A stretch of 64,000 nt of DNA from the NCBI RefSeq assembly GCF_009914755.1, contig NC_060948.1; one strand, given 5' to 3'. Made by a program: the position numbers and the translations under genes. The notes under the pieces were generated by a model. That model saw nothing but the letters and a program-made list of their open reading frames with translations, was not told the origin of the DNA and did not search any database. This document shows positions 37,266 through 61,971 of this stretch, in pieces (position 1 is the stretch's first letter; each line of letters starts with the position of its first letter). The stretch comes from the human T2T-CHM13v2.0 reference genome, Homo sapiens.

Positions 37266-38399
37266 TTTTCAAAGACAAGAGGAAAACTCATTAGCAAGTT
37301 GTAAGTCAGAATGACATAAAGAAGGCATTGAGGGTGGCACCAGGGAGCAACAGCTTTCACCTCAGACTTAGTATTTCTTCTGGAATCTACAGGAGATTTG
37401 CCCAGATTTTGCAACGTTAAGACAGAGCTTTACTACGTGCAGAACAGAGAGAAGAGACAAAGCTTATTATATACGTTCACATGATTGGTTTGCAGTGGGC
37501 GCCATATTGGTGTATGATCTTCCAATGACTTTTTACCATGAGATTGCTGGAAGATGGGGAAAATAAAATGTCAGATGTGTATTTTCTGGGCAGAAGGGCA
37601 GACACCATGCACACAGAATGTCTTCAAGGCTTTCTTAAGAGTTCATCAAAAATAAATAGGCTTTACAAATGCATCACTGTGCAAGAGTGTTGTATAAGGA
37701 ATCACACATATTTTGCATTTGATCTTTCAAACAACACAGCAAAGGAGGTCTTATGACTTCCATTTTCCATACAGATGAGTTCAGATGCACGCTTGAGAAC
37801 ATGTCATTCTACTGTGTCTGTGTTTGACAGCTCTGCAGAGCTGTGTGCTGGTCTACAAGTAAAATTAAGTTGGCATCGAGCTCCAACAATGAATGAAGGG
37901 TACGTTTCTTGGGCCAGTTTAGTCAAAGTGTCTCTGTCACCTGAGGGCTGCTTAATGGCCTTAGGGAACGAGTTTTGGAAGCACCTGTTAAAGACAGGCA
38001 GAACGCTGCAGGAGGGACGCCTGTCATTCCACGGTGTCTGCCCACACTGTGCTGGTCCATCCTAATGAGCACGGGCATTAGAACTCAAGACGGCACAAGC
38101 CCCAGGCAGCGGAGTGAGCGGCCTCCAACCTCATGTGTGCTGCTGTGCACAGACAGGATTTCCAGATACATCCTGCTTTTCAGCCACTGCCTCAGATGAA
38201 AAGCTGGCAGCTGCATACATTTTGAATAGAGAACAAGGGAAAATGATTTTAAGCGATGCTTTCCGGCTCAGGGAATGATGTTGTTCCTTCCTACTGGGAG
38301 TCTTTCTCGAGTTTGTCTTCCAGGAGGCAGGTGAAGGTGAGAATTCTATACTGAACATTTGAGGCAGTCACTGAGAGCTTAAAAGTCTCCAGGGAATAC

Positions 38400-38700
<301 letters not shown>

Positions 38701-39168
38701 TGTCTCCAGGGAATGAATCCCAAGGAGCTCTGGGAGGCTCAGTCTTCCCCCAGGTATGTTCCTTCACATCCTCTTCCCCTTTGAGTCTGCATCTTAGCTG
38801 GTGGTTTTCTTCCACACAACTGGCTGTGGGGTATCTCTTGGGATTTGCATGTGCTTTTCTATCTGTGTTGCCTGTTCTGCTGGTCCACCTGATGAACACA
38901 GCCCCTACCATCTCCAACCTACACTTTCCCCCATAGGCATAACCTTCCCTGCACCTCCTGCACCTGTTGAGCTTAAATTAGTCAGAGACAACTCTCGCTA
39001 TGGTGTACCTGTCCTATGGTCTAGGTAGTCACTCCTGAAAAAGAGGAACCTTTATTTATTTCACTTTGTATCTCCAATCACATGAGGAATGCCAGAAAGC
39101 CCCTTGACTTGACTTAGAACCTGCTGATAACTTTGTTCTTAATTCCTCTGTAAAAAAAATTATTTTTA

Positions 39169-39465
39169 GGCCACTTGCGGTGGCTCATGCCTGTCATCCC
39201 AGCACTTTGGGAGGCTGAGGCAGATCACTTGAGGTCAGGAGTTCGAGACCAGCCTGTCCAGCATGGTGAAACCCCGTCTCTGCTAAAAATACAGAAATTA
39301 GCCAGGCCTAGTGGTGTGCACATGTAATCCCAGCTACTCAGGAGGCTGAAGCAGAAGAATCACTTGAACCCGGGAGGTGGAGGTTGCAGTGAGCCAAGAT
39401 CACACCACTGCACACTCCAGCCTGGGACTGAGTGAGACTCTGTCTCAACAACAACAACAACAACA
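39169..39465 (+). mobile_element. Alu (AluS)
   Basis: Dimer with (CAA)n tail. Confidence 0.93.
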
Positions 39466-39470
39466 TTCCA

Positions 39471-43661
<4,191 letters not shown>

Positions 43662-44052
43662 TGTGTGCCCTGTTCCTTACTGGCTCACCACTGTGGAAGT
43701 CTTGTCTCCTGCCATGAGACCTGGGGCTTTCTCTTTGCCCTTCAAATGGCCCAGTGGGTCCCTGAACTACCAGACGAGGCAGCCCACACAGACGCCACAT
43801 GGGCATCTTGAGGCTCTTCCTAAGAATTCCTTCATTATTTTGTGATGCTTTAATGGGAAATAGACATGAATATGGTCAAAGAGTCAAAGTGATTTGGAAG
43901 TTGTTTAGCAATGAAGACAAGAAACTTCAGTCCGCCTTAGTAGCAAGATCAACTAGTTTTGCTTTTCCTGTTTCCCATGAATTGAGTCAAAGCCCGGAAG
44001 GGCAGCTTTTCAGAAGAGTTGAGCATGGAGAACAAATACAAAAGGATATCTA

Positions 44053-44301
44053 GGCCGGGCCATGAGGTCAGGAGTTCGAGACCAGCCTGGCCAACATGGT
44101 GAAACCCCATCTCTACTAAAAATGCAAAATTAGCCAGGCGTGGTGGCGGGCGCCTGTAATCCCAGCTACTCAGAAGGCTGAGGCAGGAGAATCACTTGAG
44201 CCAGACAGTCAGAGGTTGCAGTGAGCCGAGATCGCACCACCGCACTCCAACTTTGGTGACAGAGCAAGACTCTGCCTCAGAAAAAAAAAAAAAAAAAAAA
44301 A
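44053..44301 (+). mobile_element. Alu with left-arm deletion
   Basis: GGCCGGGC joined directly to CATGAGGTCAGG; TSD GATATCTAG. Confidence 0.92.
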
Positions 44302-44687
44302 GATATCTAGTTTAACGTGCTGAACGGGATACTCATTACTTACTTAAATAATCACCTAAATTGGAACCTTTCCATCGTAATGGATTGCTCCAGCATTTAG
44401 CCTAGCAGAATCCCAGTAAAACGTTCCAGCTATTTCTGCATCCTGTCTCTGACTCCCCAAGACAGTAGCCCAGCTATTCACAGTCAGGTCCATTTTCTTC
44501 ATGAGGTTAAAATCCAACAGACTGTTGGTCACACGGCGGTTGGAGGCTTGCTGGGCTGGGTCTAACGGCATCTTGGAAGATAAGAGCTGGAGGAATGGTA
44601 ATATGTTCCTCCAGGTTCTCACGAGCTGTCTTGCTTTTTATTTTTCCTTTTCCTGGTAAATGTGCATACGAGAAATGGAAACCGTAG

Positions 44688-46038
<1,351 letters not shown>

Positions 46039-46365
46039 GTTGATAATTTGCTTCACATCAGGGGACTGAATACACTTTGCTTGGTGCATTTTTCCTTCCA
46101 TTTTTCAGTGCAAGATGACGAGAATGTTGCAACACTAATGTAACAATGTCAGGTGCATGTTTTCTGCTTTCATTTCATGTTTAAATTACATGCTCCCGAT
46201 CTTCCTGAAAAGGACTCTTACAAAGTTTACCCATTGAACACACGGTTTCAAATTTCTCTTCTTCCTTTTCCACCCTCCCACCTTTCCTAAGTAAAACTGA
46301 CTACGGATTACAAGGAAAGAAGAGAAATAGAAAGAAAAAGACATGGCCTCAAAACCTAGATTAAG

Positions 46366-46522
46366 GCTGGGCACGGTGGTTTACACCTGTAATCCCAGCA
46401 CTTTGGGAGGCTGAGGCTGGAGGATCACCTGGACTCTGGGAGGCTGAGACGGCAGTGAGCTGTGATCGCACCATTGCAGTCCAGCCTGGACCACAGAGTG
46501 AGAACCTGTCTCAACAACAACA
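46366..46522 (+). mobile_element. Monomeric Alu (FRAM/AluJ-like)
   Basis: Single ~150-bp arm with CAGTGAGCTGTGATCG. Confidence 0.8.
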
Positions 46523-46758
46523 AGTGAGGAAGCTGGGTCTCAACCCATGTCAGTGGTAGGGCACAGAGCTTTTATGAGAAATCTGCAAACTGTCAAATGC
46601 ACCTGCCATGATGTGTGTGTGTGTGTGTGTGTGGGGCACACATTTTCCAAACGTGAAAATTCTGTTGAGATTAATGAAGTGAAAATGTACTGCAGATATA
46701 TTACCGAATGTAGTAGTTTTAGTCATTAATAATTAGCTTAATGTGGCCAGGGGCGGTC

Positions 46759-47427
46759 CAGAGTCTGGCTCTGTCACCCAGACTGAGATTGCAGTGGTGC
46801 AATCTCAGCTCACTGCAACCTCTGTGTCTGGGTTCAAGCGATTCTCCTGCCTCAGCCTCTCGAGTAGCTGGGATTACAGGCACGCACCCTGACAGCCAGC
46901 TAATTTTTGTATTTTTAGTAGAGATGAGGTTTTACCATGTTGGCCAGGCTAGTCTCGAACTCCTGACCTCATGATCCGCCCATCTTAACCTCCCAAAGTG
47001 CAGGGATTACAGGTGTGAGCCACTGAATCTGGCCAAAACCTCTTTTCTTTTCCTTTTTCCTTTTTTTTTTTTTTTTTGAGACAGAGTTTCGCTCTTGTTG
47101 CCCAGGCTGGAGTGAAATGGCATGATCTCGCTCACTGTAACCTCTGCTTCCCAGGTTCAAGTGATTCTCCAGCCTCAGCCTCCCGAGTAGCTGAGGTTAC
47201 CAGCATGTATCACCACACCTGGCTAATTTTGTATTTTTAGTAGAGATGAGGTTTCACCATGTTGATCAGGCTGGTCTTGAACTCCTGACCTGATGATGTG
47301 CCTGCCTCAGTCTCCCAAAGTGTTGAGATTATAGGCGTGAGCCACTGCACCTGGCCCAAACCTCTTTTCTTTGTAAATTCCGAGTCTCAGGTAGTTCTTT
47401 ACAGCAGTGCAAGAATGGACCAATACA
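46759..47427 (-). mobile_element. Two antisense Alus (46759-47034, 47043-47356) followed by an MST/THE1 LTR 3' end (+, 47357-47427)
   Basis: Alu dimers; AAACCTCTTTTCTTTGTAAATT..CAGCAGTG..GGACCAATACA. Confidence 0.88.
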
Positions 47428-48065
47428 CTTCCCCATTATCTGCAGGATAAATTCAGTTTCCTGGTTCAGGGTCCAATCTGATATGCTTCAACTTCTATTT
47501 CAAATATATCTTCCTGTGATCAGCCAAATGGATCTTGTGATCACTGTGTGCCTCATTGTGACTTCACGTCCAGAAGCTTGAAATATTCTTCCTCCACCTG
47601 TCCACCTTCTTGCATTCCGCCTGTCCTTAGAGACACAGTCAAAGGCAATCTTGCATCAAGACCCACTGGTCTATGATGCTCTCTTGCCAGCTCATTGCAC
47701 GATGAGAAGCAGTCCTGCTATAGGAAGAATCCAGAGACCTCCCATCAAACACCGGTCTTCACTCACTAGCTGGCTGAATGAGTCAGGGTTAAAGCTCACA
47801 GCGATACCCAGGAGATCCAGAAATACAGTGAGTGGCCCAGTCAAGATGAAAGTTTACTTTCCATCCATGCTCCATCCAATGAGGTGGGCTCTGTCAAGCC
47901 TGAAAAATTTTTTCTCTGGTCCTTTACACAAATATTTTGCGAGTTCCCGACCTCCAGTATCTAAAACGTTCCCAAAGTTACCTTTTCAGTTAAACATAAC
48001 ACCAAAAGGTTCATATTATACCCTGTGTACTGTGTTGAATTTTTAAACACTAACAAGAAAAAACT

Positions 48066-48352
48066 GGCCAGGCGCAGTGGCTCATGCCTGTAATTCCAGC
48101 AATTTGGGAAGCAGAGGTGGGAGAATTGCTTGCGTTCAGCAGTTTGAGACCAGCCTGGGCAACATAGTGAGACTCTGCCTCTAAGAAAAGTAAAAAATTA
48201 GCTGGGCATACTGGCCCACACCTGTAATTTTAGCTACGGGGGCTGGAGGATGGCTTGAGCCCAGGAGATGGAGGTTGCAGTGGGCTATGATGGTGCGACT
48301 GCACTCCAGCCTGGGCAACAGAGTGTGATCCCATCCCTCAATAAAGAAAGAA
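48066..48352 (+). mobile_element. AluJ (5' stub duplicated at 48736-48787)
   Basis: GGAGGATGGCTTGAGCCCAGG and GCTATGAT diagnostics. Confidence 0.9.
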
Positions 48353-49079
48353 AATAATGTTTTTATCAATAGTTAAATCTTTGCCTCCAAAAAGTTAAGC
48401 ATTTTGGTGATTGTATTGGAAAAAGAAAATGCTGAGAAGTTCAACTTTGTTAATATACTAAGCACTGATTTAATGTTAATTATGGAAATGGCATCAGAAA
48501 TGATTACTGTTTACAAAAACAAAATCAGGTGATGTATATAACCGTCCAATTAGGTGGGCTCTGTAAAGCCTGAAATATTTTCTATCTTGTTCTTTATACA
48601 AATATTTTGTGAGTTCATGACCTCCAGCATCTAAAATGGTCCAAAAGTTACCTTTTAAGTTAAACATAAAACCAAAAGTTTCATATTATACCCTCTGTAC
48701 TCTGTTGAATGTTTAAAGACTAACAAGAAAACACCGGCCAGGCACAGTGGCTCATGCCTGTAATTCCAGCAATTTGAGAAGCCGAGGGAGCCGAGATTAA
48801 TATGCTAAGCACTGATTTAATGTTTATAATTACAGAAATGGCACCAGGATTACTGTTTACAAAAAAAAAAAAACAGGTGATACGTGAGGTCTGTCAACCG
48901 TGGTTGTGTGTGACCGTGTGCCAATAACTCAGTTATTCCCATTTTCTCATCTGTAAAATGGGTAAAATTAAACTTTCCTCATAAAATGTTCACGGGTATC
49001 AAGTAAAATCATATGTGTAAGTATCTAGCAAAATTTAAGGCCAATAACAAGCCATTGATAAATGGCAGCTCTTTTTTAA

Positions 49080-49529
<450 letters not shown>

Positions 49530-49734
49530 CCTGAAAACATAATTTTGTTTTCAAGTGTTGGGGCTCAGGTTTGTCCATCGTCACAAAAACGTTGTCCATA
49601 AAATGTAACAATACCACAACACCGGAAAAATGCTTCCACAAGTGGCTGAGGCAGTAATGAAAGTAATTACACCTGTCACTTCTTTTTCTTGTTGCTGTTA
49701 TTGTTGTCTAAAGTTTAGCTTGCTTCATTCTTTC

Positions 49735-50405
<671 letters not shown>

Positions 50406-50538
50406 CATGCCTGTAATTCCCAAGCATGTAGAAATATTACAACACGATCCAGCGGCATAAAATGTGGTTTGAACCCACCCCCATCCTTTGGTTTTTCTCT
50501 TTCCTCCCTTCCCTTAACCTCCTACTTTTAGTTTTTAG

Positions 50539-50865
<327 letters not shown>

Positions 50866-51161
50866 TGTTTCTTGTATGCTAAGGTTTGCATTACAGCTGG
50901 GAAAGTGGAGAAGAGACAATGTTTCTCCTCCAACCGAGTAAACAAAATTACGGGGATTAGAATGTGCCTGCTAAGAGCTCAGTAAACGTCATCTAGTGGT
51001 TACTAAGTGACCAAACAGGAAGCTGGGTGTTCATGCAGTCATGCCTGGATTCACTCACACTGCAGCCGCTGGTAGGGACAGACACAGCAGGGTTGGGACA
51101 GATTTGGTGGAAGAAATCATAAGCTAAAGAGAAACCCTGGCGTGCAAAACAATCCTTCCTG

Positions 51162-52890
<1,729 letters not shown>

Positions 52891-53187
52891 GAGACACCCT
52901 GAGGCACAGTGAGATGTCTGTAACATAATACAAATTGGGTGGTTACATTTGGCCTCTTGAAATTCAACAAAACCACAATACAATCCAGCATCTTTGGTCC
53001 AAAGCAGCTCCTGCCTCCTGACTTCTGCTCCAGTGGTGCGTCTGTTTTCCTAGAGTGTCGTCTGGGGCAACAACGCTTCTTTGAACTTTGCAAAAAGGCT
53101 TGGGATGTGTTGACCCAAGTCCAGCTCTGTGATCTCAAATAACTTAGCCAGTCTCTTTTGTTGCTTCTGTCTCACTAAAGAGAATAG

Positions 53188-53569
<382 letters not shown>

Positions 53570-54017
53570 TAGGGGTATTTGTTGTTACCCCAGCACAGAA
53601 TGGAAAACTGGTGCATGGGGTGGTTTAATAACCTGTGCAGGGTCAGGCAGGTGGAAAATAGCAGGTATGATTCAACCTGGTTTCTCTCTCTAGGTGGTCC
53701 TGTCGACCGTCGCTTGACCTGGCTGATTCCGAAGCTGCCTTCTGGCGCAGACATCCTACACTGCTGGATTCCTCCTCCATCTTTTGCTCCTCAGTTATCC
53801 GATGTGGAGGGAATCCCTCCCTCTCAAGTCATTGCCACCTTCTGTCCACGTTACCAAATGAGGTCACTGGTCCTCATCTGTGGGTTCCTTCATGCAGCGT
53901 TGCACGCCTCCACAAGCACGTTGCCGTTTCGAGAACTCTGGCTAGTGATGTCACATCGTTGATGAGAGGCCACGTGGTCCTTCAGGTGGAAGCTGTGAAT
54001 GAACATCCTCCCAGCCT

Positions 54018-54690
54018 GGATGTGGAGAAACAGGAACGCTTTTACACTGTTGGTGGGAGTGTTAACTAGTTCAACCATTGTGGAAGACAGTGTGGCGATT
54101 CCTCAAGGACGTTGAACCAGAAAGACCATTTGACCCATCAATCCCATTACTGGGTATATACCCAAAGGATTATAAATCATGCTGCTATAAAGACACATGC
54201 ACACGTATGTTTATTGTGGCACTGTTCACAATAGCAAAGACTTTGGAACCAACCCAAATGCCCATCAATGGTAGACTGGATAAAGAAAATGTGGCACATA
54301 CACAGCATGGAATTCTATGCAGCCATAAAAAAGGATGAGTTCATGTCCTTTGCAGGGACATGGATGAAGGTGGAAACCATCCTTCTCCAGAAACCAACAC
54401 AGGAAGAGAAAACCAAACACTGCATGTTCTCACTTATAAGTGGGAGTTGAACAATGAGAACACATGGACACAGGGAGGGGAACATCACACACTAGGGCCT
54501 GCCGGGGAGGTGGGAGGCTAGGGGAGGGAGAGCATTAGGACAAATACCTAATGTAGATGATGGGTTGATGGGTGCAGCAAACCACCATGGCACGTGCATA
54601 CCTACGTAACAAACCTGCACGTTCTGCACACGTACCCCAGAACTTAAAGTAGAATTAAAAGAAAAAAAAAAGAAAACAAGAAAAGAAAAT
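54018..54690 (+). mobile_element. 5'-truncated L1PA (ORF2 end, 3' UTR, A tail)
   Basis: ORF 54078 gives WKTVWRFLKD..PFDPSIPLLGIYPKDYKSCCYKDTCTRMF (L1 ORF2 C-terminus); ends GTACCCCAGAACTTAAAGTA. Confidence 0.93.
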
Positions 54691-54825
54691 CATCCCAACC
54701 TGATACGGTATCAGGTTGCGCTGGTCATTTTATCATGTATCTCACTGGGATCTGAACTCATGCCAAGCTGGCTACAAGCCCCTCTGTGTGTAAGACACTC
54801 CCTGCAGCTTCAGGGAGGTCAGAAG

Positions 54826-54827
<2 letters not shown>

Positions 54828-54868
<41 letters not shown>
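54828..54868. repeat. (CA)n microsatellite
   Basis: Directly visible. Confidence 0.95.
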
Positions 54869-54869
<1 letters not shown>

Positions 54870-54980
54870 CCTGTATAGCTCCATCATCATCAAATGCCTG
54901 GAGGCTCCAGAAATGCGTGATGCCCCCAGGGTGGTCGAAAGACTCAGCCACGGGGCTCCAATTTCTGTTCCCTCCCCTAA

Positions 54981-55763
<783 letters not shown>

Positions 55764-55989
55764 CTTCCCTCCTTTTTATCTGGTCTCTCTACTCTCAGCC
55801 GCACCCCAACAGTTTGCCTTTCCTTCCTCACTGTTCATGCCTCGTGTTACCCTCAATTCCCAGATGCTTAGATGCCCTGTCCAAACTGGGCAATGTCAGT
55901 CCGCTGCTCCAGCACCTCCGCCTCCTCCGGCTCCTGGAATGAAATTCAGCCCAAGGCCCTGACATGCAGGGGTGACTCTTGGATTCGGC

Positions 55990-56230
55990 CACAGTGCCCT
56001 CCCTCGCTCCTGGAATCGCTACGTCAGTTCTTGCCTCGGGGTCTTTGTGTGTGCTGTTCCCTCTGATTGGAATACTCTCCTCTCACTACCCCCATATCCG
56101 TGTGGCCCTCACCTTCTCATCAAGAGGGTCTTTGGCTTCAGGGTCAACCCTTCCCTCACCTTCTCTCACCACTCTCTAGAAGCTTCTCTCCGGTACCTTC
56201 CTTCAGCTTTCTTCTTGGCTCTCAACATTC
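55990..56230 (+). mobile_element. Probable L2 fragment
   Basis: CTTGCCTCGGGGTCTTTGTGTGTGCTGTTCCCTCTG..TGGAATACTCT resembles the L2 3' region. Confidence 0.55.
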
Positions 56231-56304
56231 TCTGGCTATATTCATGTCTGCGAGTATGCCTACGTCTAATTCCACATCCACACTCACATCTACCTGCATT
56301 TACA

Positions 56305-58092
<1,788 letters not shown>

Positions 58093-58362
58093 ATTTCCTT
58101 TCCCATTGCCTCCCTCCCTTTTAATCCTGGCTCCATTTCAGGTGAAAAACCAGTATCTGGCTCATAGTTGACAATATTTGTGGGAAGAATAAATTCATCA
58201 TTAAGTACATTCATTGATCTTCTCAATTAATTCTTAGTATTTCTCATGAGAAAACAGGAGACATGAGGTTTGGAGAAGGAGAATTTAATGGGAAGCAGAG
58301 GCTGTAAGTAGGGTGATTTGTTGTCCTAGGGGTGACTTTAGGGTTTAATGCATCAGCCCTGA

Positions 58363-58696
<334 letters not shown>

Positions 58697-59199
58697 AAGT
58701 ACAGTAATTTTTATCCAACTGCATTCCTCTGTCTGAATAAGGAGCCGAGATCCTGCCTTTTTCTTTTCTTTGAGTTCTTACTGTCTTTATGTAGCAGATT
58801 GTCTCCAGATCGCCTCCAGCAAAGAAGAGGAGGAAGTTGGAAAATAAAAAAATAAGAGCTTAGTGGTGTCTCTGCATGATTCCCTCACAGTGTTTTGTCC
58901 TGAAGCTTCTCAGAACCCGCTGTTCACCACAGGACGTCTTGGTGAAACAGTCTCTGTATTATCTGCCTTATCTGTTAGGCAAATGCCAAATTCTTCCCTC
59001 TCTAGGACGACCAAGTTGTGCTCTGCTCTTAAACTGAGGAACGTCTGGAATTCAGGGGTCAGCCCAAGTCACAACCAGGAGTATAAGAAACTGAACATTC
59101 TCTACATGCAAGCCTCCATTCCCAAAATGCCCTCCTTTAAGCTCACGTTGCCTAAAAAATGAAGACGTGTGGGATTAACACAGCCAAGTGAAGCTCTTT

Positions 59200-59555
59200 C
59201 ACAGAGGTAGCATGGGCTTGCATTATGTATTATGTACCTATTGCATAGACGTAGCATGGACCTGCTTTATGTATTATGTGTCTCTTGCATAGACGTAGCA
59301 TGGACCTGCTTTACGTATTATGTGTCTCTTGCATAGACGTAGCATGGACCTGCTTTACGTATTATGTGTCTCTTGCATAGACGTAGCATGCACTTCCATT
59401 ATGTATTCCATTATGTATTCTGTGTCTATTGCACAGATGTAGCATGGACCTGCATTATGTATTACATATTACATATTATGTACCTATTGCATAGACGTAG
59501 CATGGACTTGCATTATGTATTATGTATCTATTGCATAGACGTAGCATGGACCTGC
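59200..59555. repeat. Minisatellite, 44-bp unit, ~7 copies
   Basis: GCATAGACGTAGCATGGACCTGCTTTACGTATTATGTGTCTCTT with starts at 59243, 59287, 59331 and 59375. Confidence 0.92.
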
Positions 59556-59952
59556 AGCTCTATGCTTCACGGAAGGCATCACGGTGGCAGCCTCCTTCTC
59601 AATACTGGGGTGCTGGACGTCCCCAGATCCTCTGGGATCATTTCCTGTATCTATGTGCATGACCGTGCCTCATCCCTGAATGCTGCCCGATGCTGCGGCT
59701 TTGCTGTCTCTGCGATGATTCACACTGACAGATTTAAATCCCTAGGAGCGGTACCTCCCGTCCTGGAGGTGGGAAGGACAGACTCAGTGCCTGCTGGAAC
59801 GTGACCAGAATGCATGCAGATCTCTGCTTTGCACCTGATGCAGAGCTAGGGGTCAGCACCACGGTGTAGACAGGTGTGTGTGTGTGTCTGGTATGTTATG
59901 GTCAGGGGAGTCGTTCTGATATTTTTTACATGCAAAGAATACCTCTTTCTAT

Positions 59953-60167
59953 AGCGGTGATTCTCATCTGGGAGTGGTTCTGTTCCCTAACCGCCACCCC
60001 CCTCCCCCAACGCCGCGACACTTGGCAATATCTAGGGACATTTTTGGTGGTCATAACAAGCTAGGGATGCTATGGGCATCTAGTGGGTGGAGACCAGGGA
60101 TGCTGTACAGCACAGCCTCTTAATTATCCATCCCACATGGCAATGGTGTTGAGGTCAAGAAACTCTG
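59953..60167 (+). mobile_element. MER20 (hAT-Charlie)
   Basis: GACACTTGGCAATATCT..GACATTTTTGGT..GGCATCTAGTGGGTGGAG-CCAGGGATGCTG. Confidence 0.8.
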
Positions 60168-60214
60168 GTTTAGCATGAGAGGCTCTGTCTGTTTATGTCT
60201 CATCTGGCCATCAC

Positions 60215-61033
60215 CTAGCATCCATCTGTATCTACCTATCAATTTTCTTTGTCTATCTATTATCTATCTATCGATCTATCACTATCATCTATCTAACCAT
60301 CATCTATCATCTGTTATCACCATCACGTGTCTAACTATATCATCACCATCATCTATCTATCCATCTATCACCTACCTATGCATCCATCCACCCACCTATC
60401 ATCTATCCATCCATCCATCCATCTACCCATCCACCTATCATGTATCTATCCATCCATCCACCTATCATGTATCTATCCATCCACCTATCCATCTAATCTA
60501 TCCATCCATCTACCCATCCACCTATCCATCCACCCACCATGTATCTATCCATCCACCTATCATGTATCTATCCATCCACCTATCCATCTAATCTATCCAT
60601 CCATCTACCCATCCACCTATCTATCCATCCACCCACCATGTATCTATCTATCCACCTATCCATCCATCCATCCATCTACCCATCCACCTATCTATCCATC
60701 CACCCACCTGTCATATGTCTATCCATTCATCTATCCATCCATCCATCCATCCACCCATCCACCTATCTATCCATCCACCCACCTATCATGTATCTATCCA
60801 TCCATCCACCCATTATCTATCTATCCATCCATCTACCCGTCCACCTATCATCCATCCACCCACCTATCATGTATCTATCCATCCATCCACCTATTATCTA
60901 TCCATCCATCTACCCGTCCACCTATCATCCATCCACCCACCTGTTTCTATCTATCCAGCCATCTATCTATCCATCCATCCATCTACCCATCTTTCTATCT
61001 ATCTATCCATCTATCCATCCATCTACCCATCTT

Positions 61034-61075
<42 letters not shown>

Positions 61076-61108
61076 CATCCATCCATCCATCTGCTCATCT
61101 ATCTATCT
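60215..61108. repeat. (TCCA/TCTA)n tract
   Basis: Directly visible. Confidence 0.95.
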
Positions 61109-61112
61109 GTGG

Positions 61113-61326
61113 CAGTTGTTTGCAACCAAGGAAAATTCTGCCCTTGAGGACATACTGCCTAACATCTGAGGGCATCTTTGGTTGTCACCACCTGATGGAG
61201 GAGATCCTGGCCTCTGGTGTGTAGATCCCAGGTACGCTGCTCAACACCTTACAGTGCCCAGGATGGCCCCACCACAGACAGTCCTCCAGTCTGAAATGTC
61301 AGCGGTGCTGAAGTTGAGAAACCCTG
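61113..61326 (+). mobile_element. MER20
   Basis: TTTGGTTGTCAC..GCTGCTCAACACCTTACAGTGC-CAGGA..AAATGTCAGCGGTGCTGAAGTTGAGAAACCCTG. Confidence 0.8.
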
Positions 61327-61598
61327 ACATCAAGGTAATGGCTGGGCATAAGAGATTCTATCTGTCTATTTAACTATCAATCATCTATCAATCTATCAAT
61401 CATCTGTCCTTCTTTCAATCTATCATATCCTATGTAGCTATCTATCCTGTTTATTATCTATCTGTGTCTCTATCATCTATCCAGCATCTATTTATCTATC
61501 ATTTAGCATCTCTGTATCTCTTTATCAATAATCTTTATCTATCTGTGTATCATCTATTTATATCTATCCAGCTATCACTATCATTTATCTGTCGATGA

Positions 61599-61816
61599 CA
61601 GTGGTTTTCAATTCGGGGTGATTTTTCTCCCCTGGGGTCACTGTGTTATATCTGAGGACAGCTTTGGTTATCACAACTGTGGGGGTGCTCCTGGTATCTG
61701 GTGGGTGGAGCCCAGGGGCGCTGCTCAACACGCTACGGTGAACAGGACAGCCCCGCCCCGCCCCAGGAGAATCCTCCAGCTCACACATGCCAGCAGTGCT
61801 GAGGCTGAGAAACGTT
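61599..61816 (+). mobile_element. MER20
   Basis: CAGTGGTTTTCAA..GGGGTGATTTT..CAGTGCTGAGGCTGAGAAAC. Confidence 0.8.
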
Positions 61817-61971
61817 TCAGAAAATGAAAGCATCTTAAGAGACTCAATGTTTGATGCAAAAACAGCAAACTTGGTGATACCCCTCCTGAAAGTGGAAGTT
61901 TCAGCACAAAACTGTTATCGAATCAGCCTCTGTGTCTCAAAGGCTCAACTTACAATCCCCATGACCTTGGA

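Noticed and set aside
44356-44622. 88-aa ORF in unique sequence (similarly 47651-48046, 51833-52228, 53579-53962)
   Set aside because: No recognisable homology or exon structure, several starts are non-ATG, and lengths are within chance expectation
54078-54450. L1 ORF2-like peptide
   Set aside because: C-terminal remnant of a 5'-truncated, frameshifted L1; not functional
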